A stretch of 64,000 bases of DNA from Macrostomum hystrix (taxonomy: Eukaryota > Animalia > Platyhelminthes): the NCBI GenBank assembly GCA_950097015.1, contig CATNEN010000002.1, positions 5,208,001 through 5,272,000 on the forward strand. The letters are read 5' to 3'. A program made the position numbers and the translations under genes. Shown here piece by piece: positions 8,685 through 20,672 of this stretch (the first letter of the stretch is position 1; each line of letters starts with the position of its first letter). The notes under the pieces were generated by a model. It saw only the letters and a list, made by a program, of their open reading frames with translations, ran no database searches and was not told the origin of the DNA.

Positions 8685-9132
8685 TTTTAATAAGAATTTA
8701 ATTTTTTTTCGGAGGATGAGCACCCAAGGTTTGGGGTCTTGATTGGGATTTTAGTGCTAATTTGATTGTCTTGGCACGCTTTTTGCAGCTTCGCTATTTT
8801 GTGCATGATCTCTTAGGGAGTGGCTGCGATAATTTTTTTTGTCCAAGTTCAAAAACTGTAGAGACAGATTTTTTGGCGGGGGAACCTTGTTCCTTCAGCA
8901 AAGGTAATGGTTTGTGCAATAAGGAGGCTGCGATAATTTTTGTCCTAGATATTCAACTTACAAACTGATGTGGAATATTAAAAGTAGAGAAATTAGAATA
9001 TGGAGACGGAGTTTTTTAGAGAGAGGCGGGGACCCTTTTTCCTGATCTCTTCGGGAATAATAAAAGTAATGGTTTGTGGATAATGGAGGCTGCGATTATT
9101 TTTGTCCTAGAAGCCCCCTCTTGCATACTACT

Positions 9133-9412
9133 GTTCTGAGACTATTCTGCCTGTTAGCCCTGCCCACTGCTCGGCTTCTCGTGTCTGTCCTAGCTTCGCG
9201 CACTATTTCCTATCTTCGCCTCGCCGTGCCGTCATTGCTATTACTATTGTTGAGCTCCTGCACCTTATCTTTACTCTCTGCTTGTCGTGCATCCCAGTGC
9301 ACCACGATAATAAAGTGCTACCGCTACGCCACATATTGAACTGACTCTAAGACTGAACTGAACTCTAATTGTCGCCGCCACTGACTTCGGTCTTCGTCAT
9401 TTAATCGTCACA
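9133..9412 (+). mobile_element. 3' part of an LTR, probably the Polinton insertion target
   Basis: Pyrimidine-rich body, AATAAA at 9309-9314, ends ...CGTCACA at 9412, and is not followed by a PBS. Confidence 0.45.
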
Positions 9413-10209
9413 ATAATAATAACGGACTGTTTCATGACCTAATAAATAAATAAATAAATATGTCTTCGTAATAGTAGAGTTAAATATAGTTAACGTGAAC
9501 ATATTAAGATCACTTGTTACCTAATATGTGACACGAGTCAATCGTTATTTATAATTATAAATAGTTCCAAATGCCTAAGTTATAATCGAAACTAAAACTG
9601 AAGTTATAAAATAAATCATGAATCACTACAAACAAATAATTTATTTGAAAAAATAAGCCCACAAATATTTACTTGTTAGTAACATTTAGTTGCTTTTTAG
9701 AAATCTTTATATTATAATCCTTACTTTTAATCTTTGGATTTTTTATAAGCAAGAGCAGGCATTGTGTAGATTCAATGCGGTTAGAATCGAGCGAAAAGAG
9801 AATTCGGCGAATCGGGAGTAAACCTTGAGCTCGTTGGGACTTTAGCGCTGTTGTTGCTGTTTTGTCTTGTACCTAATCAAAGTATCACATTGAGAAATGT
9901 AATGACTGACCACTTCCAATCGTATTGTTGTCTTTGGGGATAAGAGAATCTCTGAGTAGACTTTGAAAAAAACTTTGTTGTTTTTCAAAGTACAAACTTC
10001 TCGTTTGCGAATACAGAACTTTATAGACATTTTACGATAGACAAAAATGTATAGTATGAGCACTGGCTGGGATCTGAGAACTGCGAGCACAAACGCTTTG
10101 ATGTCAAGCTTCGATTCCATCCCGCAAACTAGGCTTCAACCGTGCAGTCGACTACGCAGTCCTAGCTAGGGTTAGAGACTTGCGAAGCGCAAAATGAATT
10201 ATTTAAAAT

Positions 10210-10747
10210 TTATATGTTAAATTTGAAAATCAAATAAAAATGTATCATGCAGCAAGTTGGCGCCAATGAATATTTTATAGCAGAACATTCTCGAGCTTCG
10301 ACTTGAAAATTAACAGACTTTGCAGAAAGATTCTTTATCGACGAAAGATCTCTAACACACGTATATTGCACTGTCATCGGCATGTTTTTATCTTTAACTG
10401 TCCTGCCCACCTGGAGACTGTCCCTGGGACTCAGGTCCAGATAGGTGAACTGGAACACGAACGGATGGATCAGCCGGGACACGAGGCTGAAACGATGGAA
10501 TATGGTTCGCCAGTATCCTGGACGAACCCAGGATGCATCGCAGCTTTCTGGTTCGTGCTGTCTGTAGTAGTCAAACTTTACATTAACAGTTCTGGCTCAG
10601 AGCAAGCTCCTGATCGAATGTGCTGAAATTGATATCATGGAATAAAGTGCATTCCGGCCTTCTATGCTTGATCAACTTGAAACGAGGATACTCGCTTACC
10701 ATCAAAACAATGATAATCCATGCAGCTGGTAAACTTGGCTTAAACAT
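10210..10747 (-). pseudogene. Notch-ligand-like paralog C (C2/MNNL domain only), frameshifted
   Basis: Exon 1 10747-10700 (MFKPSLPAAWIIIVLM, GTAAGC donor). Exon 2 starts at 10622, with an apparent 7-nt deletion relative to paralog A that gives a stop after 14 codons. The downstream frame keeps LDLSPRDSLQV and SVNFQVEAREC. Confidence 0.6.
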
Positions 10748-11311
10748 CTCACCTCTGTGAGTTGATCAGCTTAGTCGACTGTGCTAATGCGATTCGTGAA
10801 GATAATTTAATGCATTTAACCACGCAGGTGTGGTTCAAGTCACACAAAAAAACAAAGCTACAAAGAAATTTGAATTGGTTTCACAGCTTTTTAATTTCGG
10901 AGTTTCATTATTTCGTAAATAAATTTCTTCTTCTTTAAGGATTATTCTTTCGTATTGTAGCGTTATTATTATTTTAAGTCGTTGAGTGTTTATTATTGGT
11001 TACTTTATTCACTTTATTAACAAAGAAAACGCAGAAAATTTAATAATATGACGGTTTCATAATCTTTTTATTGACATCAACTTGTAGAGTGAAAAATCAA
11101 ATGATAGGTATGTGGATTTAAAGAAATCGAAACATGCCATTTGTTATAATTGTTGTTAGTTAAGTAGCTGACCGCCTCAAGATTAAGCACGGATGAAGCT
11201 AAACAATGTCTTAATTAAAGCTAAGCTGCTTGCCACAAGAAGCTTTGTGTCTGGCTTCATTCGCGTGCTGGTTGAGGAGATTGCTTGCCGTAGGCAGAGT
11301 TGCTACTAAAC

Positions 11312-13851
11312 TCAGACTGCCCCTGCAACAGAGACCGCGGGATGAGCAGCTGCTGAGTCGGTGTAGCGAAGCTCCACTGACTCTGACGGAGGCTCTCTGT
11401 GAAGTCCGAGATGCCGATTTATTGTGTATGAGAATATCCGACCATATCCCCGAATAATCCCTGACTCGTCTGACACAATAGCGTTAATAATTTGTTTCCG
11501 CTGTGAAAAGGGGAATCGATCCCGAGGTCGATCCTCAAACCATACCGACTGAAACCGGCGAGTTTTCCGGGTACCATGAATACCATGGGAAGGACGGGGC
11601 GAGATATCTCGGCATTTCTTGAGCCCGATCTCTTTCTTAAGCTGTGGTGCCAGGGCACTGAGCTCTGGCACTGCACTGTTTGTGTGGACTTAAGAATGAC
11701 TTGAATTGCTCAAATTAGGCAACCCGTCTCTCTCTCTCCCTATCTTGCTATTGGTTAGCGAGCCACCCTCCCTCCTTTCAATCTCTACCCCCCAATGTAC
11801 ATCACGACTAGTTTTCCTATCTTTTTTACATGTACTTGTAAGTTGCTTACATTTAACCAATACACTGGAATCGAAAAGGCTCGTTGTCAGCCTATGGATG
11901 TCCATTGACGTCATGACATAAGCCTTAAATTGACATCTCATCTCGCCTATTCTTCTATTATTGGCCGCATTATCATTGTTTTATCTCACCTGCCGGATCT
12001 ATAAAGTTCTCGGTCATCCAGCGGATAATTCAGTACCCGAACATAAGGACGTCTGCCTGATCGCTTTTTGATGTGGACAATGAAGCCAACAACAACTGCT
12101 AGCATGACACACAGCACCAGAATGATAGTCCCTATCAGTGTCCAAGGTATCTGCGAGAGAGTGGAAACAGAACAAATTAAATTTATTATGATGGTTAGAA
12201 GTTAAAGAAGAGCTTACCGCCTGGAGGCTAATGCCTGCTTTTCTACTTCGCCCAGTGTTTAGAGCAGCAACAATTTTGCCTCTAGCATCAGCCACAGTTG
12301 ATGTTAAGGCTTCTGACGCTGATGTAGTTGCTATTCGAGTCACTAAACTGCTGGTTGAGACTTCCAGTTGCTTTGGCGTCACTTTTGCTATCCTTTTCGT
12401 TGACCGCGGGGTTGAAGCAGCTGTGGATTTGTACACCATGTGAGGCAAGTTTACCCAAGTCGATTTCGTTCGATCTTGTCTCGAAGTGGTTGATGGCGCG
12501 AGAGTCGATCGATGGGTTGTTGCAGATTGGATAGACGGTATCAGAGTAGCTGTGCCAGCAAACGTAGCCGAAGTGGTGATTTCCACTGGGCCAGTCTTCT
12601 CCGTTGTTTTCTGAACCTTCTGTTCTGTCGATTCGAAATTCATGCTCTTGCTAGTCAAAACGTTGCGCCGCTTCGACTCACTGGTGGTAGGCAGCGATAC
12701 TGTTCTAAATGATGAACCAGCAATGTTTGCTCTGTGAGACATTTCTGTTGATATTATTTTTGTAAAGTAGGCTGTTGAAATGAATGTTGTCGAAAAGGTG
12801 GCTATTGCGCTTGTTGTTGCTGTTGTAGTTGAGCTTGCTATTGTTGTTGCTGTTGTAGTTGAGCTTGCTATTGTTGTTGCTGGTGCAGTTGAGCTTGCTA
12901 TTGTTGTTGCTGGTGTAGTTGAGCTTGCTATTGTTGTTGCAGTTGCTGCCGAATGCTTTGTTAATGCTGCTGTTTCTGGCGCGGTGATTGTTGTTGTTGA
13001 CGCCGTGGTCCTTGAAGGCATTCTAGTCGAAGATTTTGTTGTTAAATATCTTGACAGACCTGCAGTTTTTAACGACGTTATAGACGCTGTTGTAATTGAA
13101 GCCGTTGTGGTTGACACTGTTGTCATCGAGGCAGCTGTCACTGATGATTTTATGATGCAGCTTTCACCGTGAGGCATGAACCCCTCAGGGCACACTCTCG
13201 AGCCGTCTCGGCTGCATGCGAATCGACTCGGGTCGCAGTGCACGGAGCAGCCCACCTGGTAATAGTTTGGTTGGCAGGTGATCCAAACTTCAAATCTCAG
13301 AGTGTGGCCCGAACAGCTCATTTCAAAGCTCTGCCGAGTCGAGTGTCTGCTCACCGTGTTGTTCGGAAACAGGGTCATGGACTGAACGCTGAGATTCTTC
13401 GACATTCCACACATTATGTTGGGTCCTGCAAATAAATCAAGGACTTTTATGTTCACCTGGATACTGTCACTGGGGCTCAGGTCCAGATTAGTGAAGCGGA
13501 ATATAGCCAGCCGCTTGCTATGGGGCGCGTAAAGCACCTGTCTTGTGAAGTCAGAATGGAAGTTTAATAGAAACTTGTTATGCGTGGAGGCTGAAACCAT
13601 GAAAGCTGGATCGCAGCGATTGTTGAACGAGTTACGATTGCAGTTTCTTGGTATGTGCCGTCTGTGGTCCACATACAATACATTAACAGTTCCAACTGTC
13701 GGCGCGGAGCAAGCTCCTGATCGAATGTACTGAAATCGATTTGGAATAAAGTGCGTTCGAGCCTGCTACTCTTGATCAACTTGAAGCCAGGATACTCGCT
13801 TACCATCAAACCAATGATAATCCATGTAGCTGGTAAAATTGGCTTCAACAT
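11312..13851 (-). CDS. Notch-ligand-like paralog A: signal peptide, C2/MNNL, DSL, Ser/Thr mucin stalk, TM, cytoplasmic tail (about 694 aa)
   Basis: Exons 13851-13804, 13729-12218, 12150-11990 and 11675-11312, with consistent GT-AG phases 0/0/2. Six-Cys DSL-like CQPNYYQVGCSVHCDPSRFACSRDGSRVCPEGF. TM IPWTLIGTIILVLCVMLAVVVGFIV. Confidence 0.75.
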
Positions 13852-14179
13852 CTCACCTCTTTGAATTGATCAGTTTAGTCGACTGTTCTAATGCGACTAG
13901 TGAAGCTTGTATTTTGTAGCGGCTTAAACACTTGCACTGACTACAAGGCCTTTGTGGCGATGTGTTTGTGAGCGAAGCCGATTATGTGGGTGATAATTTG
14001 TGTTATCTGCGTTGTTTGGTTCATACGCAGGTACTCGTACAGCAGCTAAAAAGTGTATCATTTTGCGGCATTGGTATAAACAATTGTGTGAATATTGAGG
14101 GAAGGCTAGCATTTGCACCACAGCAATGTCGCACATGACGCCTGCTTCATTGCGTGCACAAAATTCTATTGTGATAGCA

Positions 14180-15783
14180 CTTACTTACTTAACTTAGCGG
14201 CAGGGGGCCTCCATGACGGACGCAGCGAGGAGGCGGCTGTTGCCGCCCATATCGCTAACCCCTGGCAGCCAGACGGCCTCCAGCGAGGCGGTGCCGCTCA
14301 GGGTGGTCCGTCGGTCGGTTCCGCCGCGCGATCTTCCTCGCCATAGGCTGGGAAGAAATCAGCTCGGCCGGTATCCCGGAGGAAGTGGGCGAGCTGAGGG
14401 ATGTTCTCGGGCGAGCAGGCTTCGGCAAGAGTCGGTGCCGGCCCGAGGTGTTTTAGCCTAGCCCGGGTGAAGGCCGGGCAGTGGCAAATGAAATGCTCGG
14501 CGTTTTCACGGCCGGAGCAGCAGAAAGGACACGTTTCCTCAGGCACGTGGCCTTGGAGGTAGCGGTGTCTGGTGAAGCAGCCATGTCCCGAAAGGGCCAT
14601 GGTGACTGCTCTCAGGTCTCTGCGGTTTAGCCTGAGTAAGGCCTTACGCAGGTTACTAGAGGGGGTTGGCACCGCAGCCCTGGACTGGCGACAGTTCAGG
14701 GTGCTGGACCACCTCCTCCGGTGCTGGGTCTCCATCCAGTGGTTGATGCTGGAGTTGACAACGGAGGCGGGGATCGGGGATTCCGGGCCCGGGCCCATCA
14801 GGGAGCTGGCTGCTCCAGCCTTTGCAAGCTCGTCCGCCATCTCATTCCCTGTGAGCCCGGCGTGCCCAGGGATCCACATCAGCTCCACCTTGTTAGACTG
14901 CGCCAAACCGTTTAACTGGGTGTTGCAGTCCAAGGTGGTTCTGGAGCGAGAGGTGCAGCGACTGAGGGCCTTGAGGGCTGCTTGACTGTCGGAGTGAAAA
15001 AAGATCCTCCGACCAGCCAGCTGCCTCTGGCGCAGCTCAGCCGCACAGAAGCTGATGGCGAGCATTTCGTTTTGGAAAACGCTTGAGCTCTTGCCACAGT
15101 GTTGGGAGTGGGTCCAGAGGACCTCGCCACCCGAGGCGACGCACACCCCGAATCCCGATTTACCGTTCATCAGGGAGCCGTCAGTGTAACAGTGGACTGC
15201 GGGGTCATCCCAGCAGTCCTTTACCTCATTACGAGGGAAGATGCTGACTTTGTACCTGTGGCTCCGGAGTAAAGTGGCCGGGGCCCCGTCCGAAAGGATG
15301 GTGAGCCCTCCGCACTCGCCCAGAGTTTTCAGGCAGAGGTCAGAGTGGGGCAGAAGGGAGCGCTTCGAGAAGGCTCGCGAATTCTGGAAGGATACACCCG
15401 CATCAAGGAGACGACGGGTGGACTTTGCCGCTTCCCCCTTAACAAAAATGTCAATGGGTGTAGCGTTGAGGAAAGCGTTCATGCCTTCAAAGGGAGTGGA
15501 GGGTGGGGCGCCCAGCGTCATGCGACAGGCTCTGCCCTGCACCCTATAAAGCGCCTCCAGGTTTTTCTGGATGCTCATGGCACTGGCCCAGATGAGGCCA
15601 GCGTAAGCGACTGACGGTCTAATGATCGCCGTGTAAATCCACCAAAGGTTTTTGGGGGTTAGCCCCCAAGTGGTGCCCACGGCTCGCCTGACTTGCGCCA
15701 GAATGGCCAGGGCCCTCTTGGCCTTTGTGGTAATGTGCGGGGTCCAGTTAAGCCTATGGTCTAGCAGGATAGCAATAGCAAGG
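14180..15783 (-). mobile_element. 5'-truncated non-LTR retrotransposon with RNase H (LOA/R1/I-type)
   Basis: RT C-terminus (WGLTPK...WIYTAIIRP), RNase H (YTDGS, SDSQAAL, WIPGHAG..GNE.AD), CCHC knuckle, (TAAG)n tail, and 12-bp TSD ATTGTGATAGCA at 14168-14179 and 15784-15795. Confidence 0.93.
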
Positions 15784-16977
15784 ATTGTGATAGCAAGAAT
15801 TTGTTGATCTGATCTGATCTGATCTGACAAGAACTTGTTGTCGAAACTTTGGTGCATAGTAAAGGCCGAGATATCGCCACGTGCTGTGCGAAAGGTTCAG
15901 AAAAAATTGTAGACAGTGAACTTTTAGACATAGAAACGCACTATACAATGCTTTGAGATTTCTAATTGAGAATATCAACTTTGAGTTAGTCTCATCTATC
16001 TATCTATCAAAAATGGCTGCAACTTGGATTTGAATTAAGGTTTGGCTCGGCTTAGCCGTGAATTCGCTGACAGTACGCGTACAGGAAGGCTTACATTGTC
16101 TATGGAGTCATGGAGTCTTGGATGAAGTCTATAGAGTACTTGAGAATGAGAATTTGCTCGCCACGCTGCCCCTCCCCTCCTGACCATGTACTTTTCATAC
16201 GTATGTTTCATTTTGTTGTATGCATGCCGTATATATAAAGCGGCAGTCACTTTAAATAAATAATATTGAACATGCTCATGTACGACTCGTAAATTTTCTA
16301 TTCGTCACCGCTATCAATGGTTTACGAATGTCTCTTCTAGTCTCATTAAATACTTTTGACGCAGCTAGAGGTACTATTTTATTATCAAGTTCAAAGCGAA
16401 TATGCATAAGAAACATGTTATAAAGCGCATTCAGAAAGTGAAAAGCCATGAGTGAAAAGAAGAGTAACGGAAGTACATACATCATTTATATTGCAATGTT
16501 TTAGAGTGTCGTCATGCAAAAACAGTAAGGTATAAGTTTTTATGAAAATGCAAAGCACGAAAATTAGTCCATATTTTGTCCCTGTCATGCCAGCTCTGCC
16601 AATCGTCTCTGCCAAGCCACCTGCGCGCCAGTCAGTCGTCCTAGTTGTGCCACCTCCGCCAGTCGTCCCTGCCATGCCACCTGCGCCAGTCGTCCGCGAT
16701 GCCACCTGCGCCAGTTGTCCCTGTCATGCCACCTCCGCCAGTCGACCATGTCTGCGCTTGAGATTCCACTGGCTCCTCCGAACATCCGAAAAATTCGTCA
16801 GTGTCGCACGCAGAACCAGTGTCCTGTTAGGTCGGATAAGTTGGAGGATAAGTAAGTCAGGAAAAGGTTGGGATTACTGACATTGGATGACAGTGATTGA
16901 CTATCGATAATAGTGATTGAAATTAGATAATCCAATTTTGGTGGACAGTCGTTGTTAGTGATTGATTATCGATAATA

Positions 16978-19458
16978 CTGATTGACAATCGACTGGGGTT
17001 ATTGATTGTACTGAGATAGGTAGATGTGTGTGCGTGAGAGAGAGACATTCAGAAAAAGAGAGAGTGGACAGACAAAACAGATTGTAACTAAAAATGAATA
17101 ACGTGACTTTTAAACAGCAAAAATATAACATGAGGGTTCATGAGGATGAGAATCTAGGATGAGAATCCAGTATGATAATCTAGGATGAGAATCTAGGATG
17201 AGAATCTAGGATGAGAATCTAGGATGAGAATCTAGGATGAGAATCTAGGATGAGAATCTAGGATGAGAATCTAGGATGAGAATCTAGGATGAGAATCTAG
17301 GATGAGAATCTAGGATGAGAATCCAGTAGGAGAATCTAGGATGAGAATCTAGCATGAGAATCTAGCATGAGAATCTAGGATGAGAATCTAGGATGAGAAT
17401 CTAGGATGAGAATCTGGGATGAGAATCTAGGATGAGAATCTAGGATGAGAATCTACGAGCCTAGGATGAGAATCTAGCATAAGAATCTAGGATGAGAATC
17501 TAGGATGAGAATCTAGGATGAAAATCTTGGATGAGAATCTAGGATGAGAATCTAGCATGAGAATCTAGGATGGGAATCTAGGATGAGAATCTAGGATGAG
17601 AATCTAGCATGAGAATCTAGCATGAGAATCTAGGATGAGAATCCAGGATGAGAATCTAGGATGAGAATCTAGGATGAGAATCTAGGATGAGAATCTAGGA
17701 TGAGAATCGAGGATGAGAATCTACGAGCGTAGGATGAGAATTAGCATGACAATCTAGGATGAGAATCTAGGATGAGAATCAAGGATGAGAATCTAGGATG
17801 AGAATCTTGGATGAGAATCTAGCATGAGAATCTAGGATGAGAATCTAGGATAAGAATCTAGGATGAAAATCTTGGATGAGAATCCAGAGTGAGAATCTAG
17901 GATGAGAATCTAGGATGAGAATCTAGGATGAGAATCTAGGATGAGAATCTGGGATGAGAATCTAGGATGAAAATCTAGGATGAGAATCTAGGATGAGAAT
18001 CTAGGATGAGAATCTAGGATGAGAATCTAGCATGAGAATCTAGGATGAGAATCTAGGATGAGAATCCAGTATGAGAATCTAGGATGAGAATCTAGGATGA
18101 GAATCTAGCATGAGAATCTAGGATGAGAATCGAGGATGAGAATCTACGAGCGTAGGATGAGAATCTAGGATGAGAATCTAGGATGAGAATCTAGGATGAG
18201 AATCTTGGATGAGAATCTAGGATGAGAATCTAGGATGAGAATCTTGGATGAGAATCTAGGATGAGAATCTTGGATTAGAATCTAGGATGAGAATCTAGGA
18301 TGAGAATCTAGCATGAGAATCTAGGATGAGAATCTAGGATGAGAATCTAGGATGAGAATCTAGGATGAGAATCTAGGATGAGAATCTAGGATGAGAATCT
18401 AGCATGAGAATCTAGGATGAGAATCTAGCATGAGAATTTAGGATAAGAATCTAGCATGAGAATCTAGGATGGGAATCTAGGATGAGAATCTAGGATGGGA
18501 ATCGAGCATGAGAATCTAGGATGAGAATCATGGATGAGAATCGAGGATGAGAATCTAGGATGAGAATCGAGGATGAGAATCAAGGATGAGAATCTAGGAT
18601 GAGAATCTAGGATGAGAATCTTGGATGGGAATCTAGGATGAGAATCTAGGATGAGAAACTAGGATGAGAATCTAGGATGAGAATCTAGGATGGGAATCTA
18701 GGATGAGAATCTAGGATGAGAATCTAGCATGAGAATCTAGGATGAGAATCTAGGATGAGAATCTAGGATGAGAATCTAGGATGAGAATCTAGGATGGGAA
18801 TCGAGCATGAGAATCTAGGATGAGAATCATGGATGAGAATCGAGGATGAGAATCTAGGATGAGAATCGAGGATGAGAATCAAGGATGAGAATCTAGGATG
18901 AGAATCTAGGATGAGAATCTTGGATGGGAATCTAGGATGAGAATCTAGGATGAGAAACTAGCATGAGAATCTAGGATGAGAATCTAGGATGGGAATCTAG
19001 GATGAGAATCTAGGATGAGAATCTAGCATGAGAATCTAGGATGAGAATCTAGGATGAGAATCTTGGATGGGAATCTAGGATGAGAATCTAGGATGAGAAA
19101 CTAGCATGAGAATCTAGGATGAGAATCTAGGATGGGAATCTAGGATGAGAATCTAGGATGAGAATCTAGCATGAGAATCTAGGATGAGAATCTAGGATGA
19201 GAATCTAGGATGAGAATCTAGGATGAGAATCCAGTATGAGAATCTAGGATGAGAATCCAGTATGAGAATCTAGCATGAGAATCTAGGATGAGAATCTAGG
19301 ATGAGAATCTAGGATAATCGATGGATAATCGATGATCGATGATATTGATTGATAATTGACTGGGGTTATTGATTGTACTGAGATAGGTAGATGTGTGTGC
19401 GTGAGAGAGAGCCATGGAGAAAAAGAGAAAGTGGACAGACAAAACATATTGTAACTAA
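16978..19458. repeat. 13-bp satellite (AGGATGAGAATCT, about 165 copies, 17141-19315) bracketed by about 113-bp direct repeats (16978-17091 and 19346-19458)
   Basis: Directly visible. Both flanks read GACTGGGGTTATTGATTGTACTGAGATAGGTAGATGTGTGTGCGTGAGAG...GTAACTAA. Confidence 0.95.
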
Positions 19459-19769
19459 CAGTGGGAAGGCTCGTCGCGCGCTCATTGGTTAGTTATGAAA
19501 AATCCTCTAACCCACTAACCGATAGCTACCGATTGTGCCACTGGCGCCGAATAGCTTCCGAATCTTAGTATTGCAGCTATTGAAAGTGCGTTGAAAGTGA
19601 GACTAAGACTACGACTAATACTAAGACTGAGTCTGCGACTAAGACTAATACTGAGACTAAGACTAAGACTAATACTAAGACTAACACTAAGACTAAACAT
19701 GTACAGCATGTCCTCTAGGAGTATTAGGAGACTGACAAACAAGAGCTTGTTGGCCATGTTTAGGGAAGA

Positions 19770-20160
19770 AGCTGAGAGGCCCAGCAGTGTCCCCTCAGCC
19801 AGTGGGCAGTCGGCAGTGGAGGCCAGTGGAGGGCAGTCGGCAGTGGAGGCCAGTGGAGGGCAGTCGGCAAGTCAAGGCGATGTGGTAATGGGGACAGAAG
19901 AAGATTTTAGTATAGGGTACAATTCGACGACTTTGAGCAGAAAAGTCAAAGCGATGACGACATGGACAGCGAAAATGATGAAGACAATCGGCCATTGGAG
20001 GTAAGGCTACAGGCACTCCTTGTTTTGTTCTTTTCCACGTATAACATCTCCCGTGACGCCATGGCTTTCCTATTAGCGGGTTTACGCGAAATTGGTTTGC
20101 CTGCACTGTCACAAAATCGTACAAAACGTTTGAAAGCCTGGTCAGAGAAGACTGTCCTAC
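19770..20160 (+). pseudogene. Possible CACTA/EnSpm-like transposase N-terminal relic
   Basis: Acidic linker followed by FFSTYNISRDAMAFLLAGLREIGLP, resembling the W/F..NIS..AL..LL..L..G.LP motif of animal EnSpm-like transposases. Frameshifted and truncated. Confidence 0.35.
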
Positions 20161-20672
20161 TGGTGACTTGGTGGCCATGGGAGACGGGCACTTTCGTTAT
20201 GTTTCTATTCTGGGGAATCTGCAGCAGGGGCGTAGCCAGGATTTCTTATTGGGGGGGTGGGCCGCTTCCCCATAGAGTCTATTCCAGTACGCGTACTGTC
20301 AGCGAATTCACGGCTATAAAAGCCGAACCAAACCAAGTTGTTCGGTTCGGTTCAACAAATTCTTGCTGATCACTATAGAATTTTGTGCACGCATTATGTG
20401 CGACATTGCAGTGGTGCCTTCCCTCAATATTCACACTATTGTTTATACCAATGCCGCACAATGATACACTTTTTAGCTCCTGTACAAGTACCTGCGTATG
20501 AACCAAACAACGCAGATAACGCAAATTGTCACCCACATAATCGGCTTCGCGCACAAACACATCGCCACAAAGGCCTTGTAGTCAGTGCAAGCGTTAAGCC
20601 GCTGCTACAAAATACAAGCTTCACTAGTCGCATTAGAACAGTCGACTAAACTGATCAACTCAAAGAGGTGAG

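Larger units (their letters stand above)
1..9132. mobile_element. Polinton/Maverick (adintovirus-like) endogenous virus, right arm; left part lies outside the window
   Basis: Compact, nearly intronless cluster of pPolB, rve integrase, adenain, PLA2, pX-like and penton-like ORFs. Ends in ...TTGCATACTACT at 9132; the reverse complement AGTAGT is a typical Polinton terminus. Subterminal repeats at 7890-9110. Confidence 0.93.

Noticed and set aside
1-9132. Bacterial or phage contamination
   Set aside because: The gene set is eukaryotic-virus (Polinton) type, has Kozak-like starts and a putative intron, and joins repeat-rich host DNA at a proper terminus.
14572-15614. Plus-strand ORFs overlapping the LINE, and similar antisense ORFs over pPolB, cadherin and LRRC47
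   Set aside because: Shadow ORFs of GC-rich coding sequence on the opposite strand.
20226-20270. Harbinger-like TIR (AGGGGCGTAGCCAGGATTT)
   Set aside because: No matching opposite TIR or TSD found in the window.
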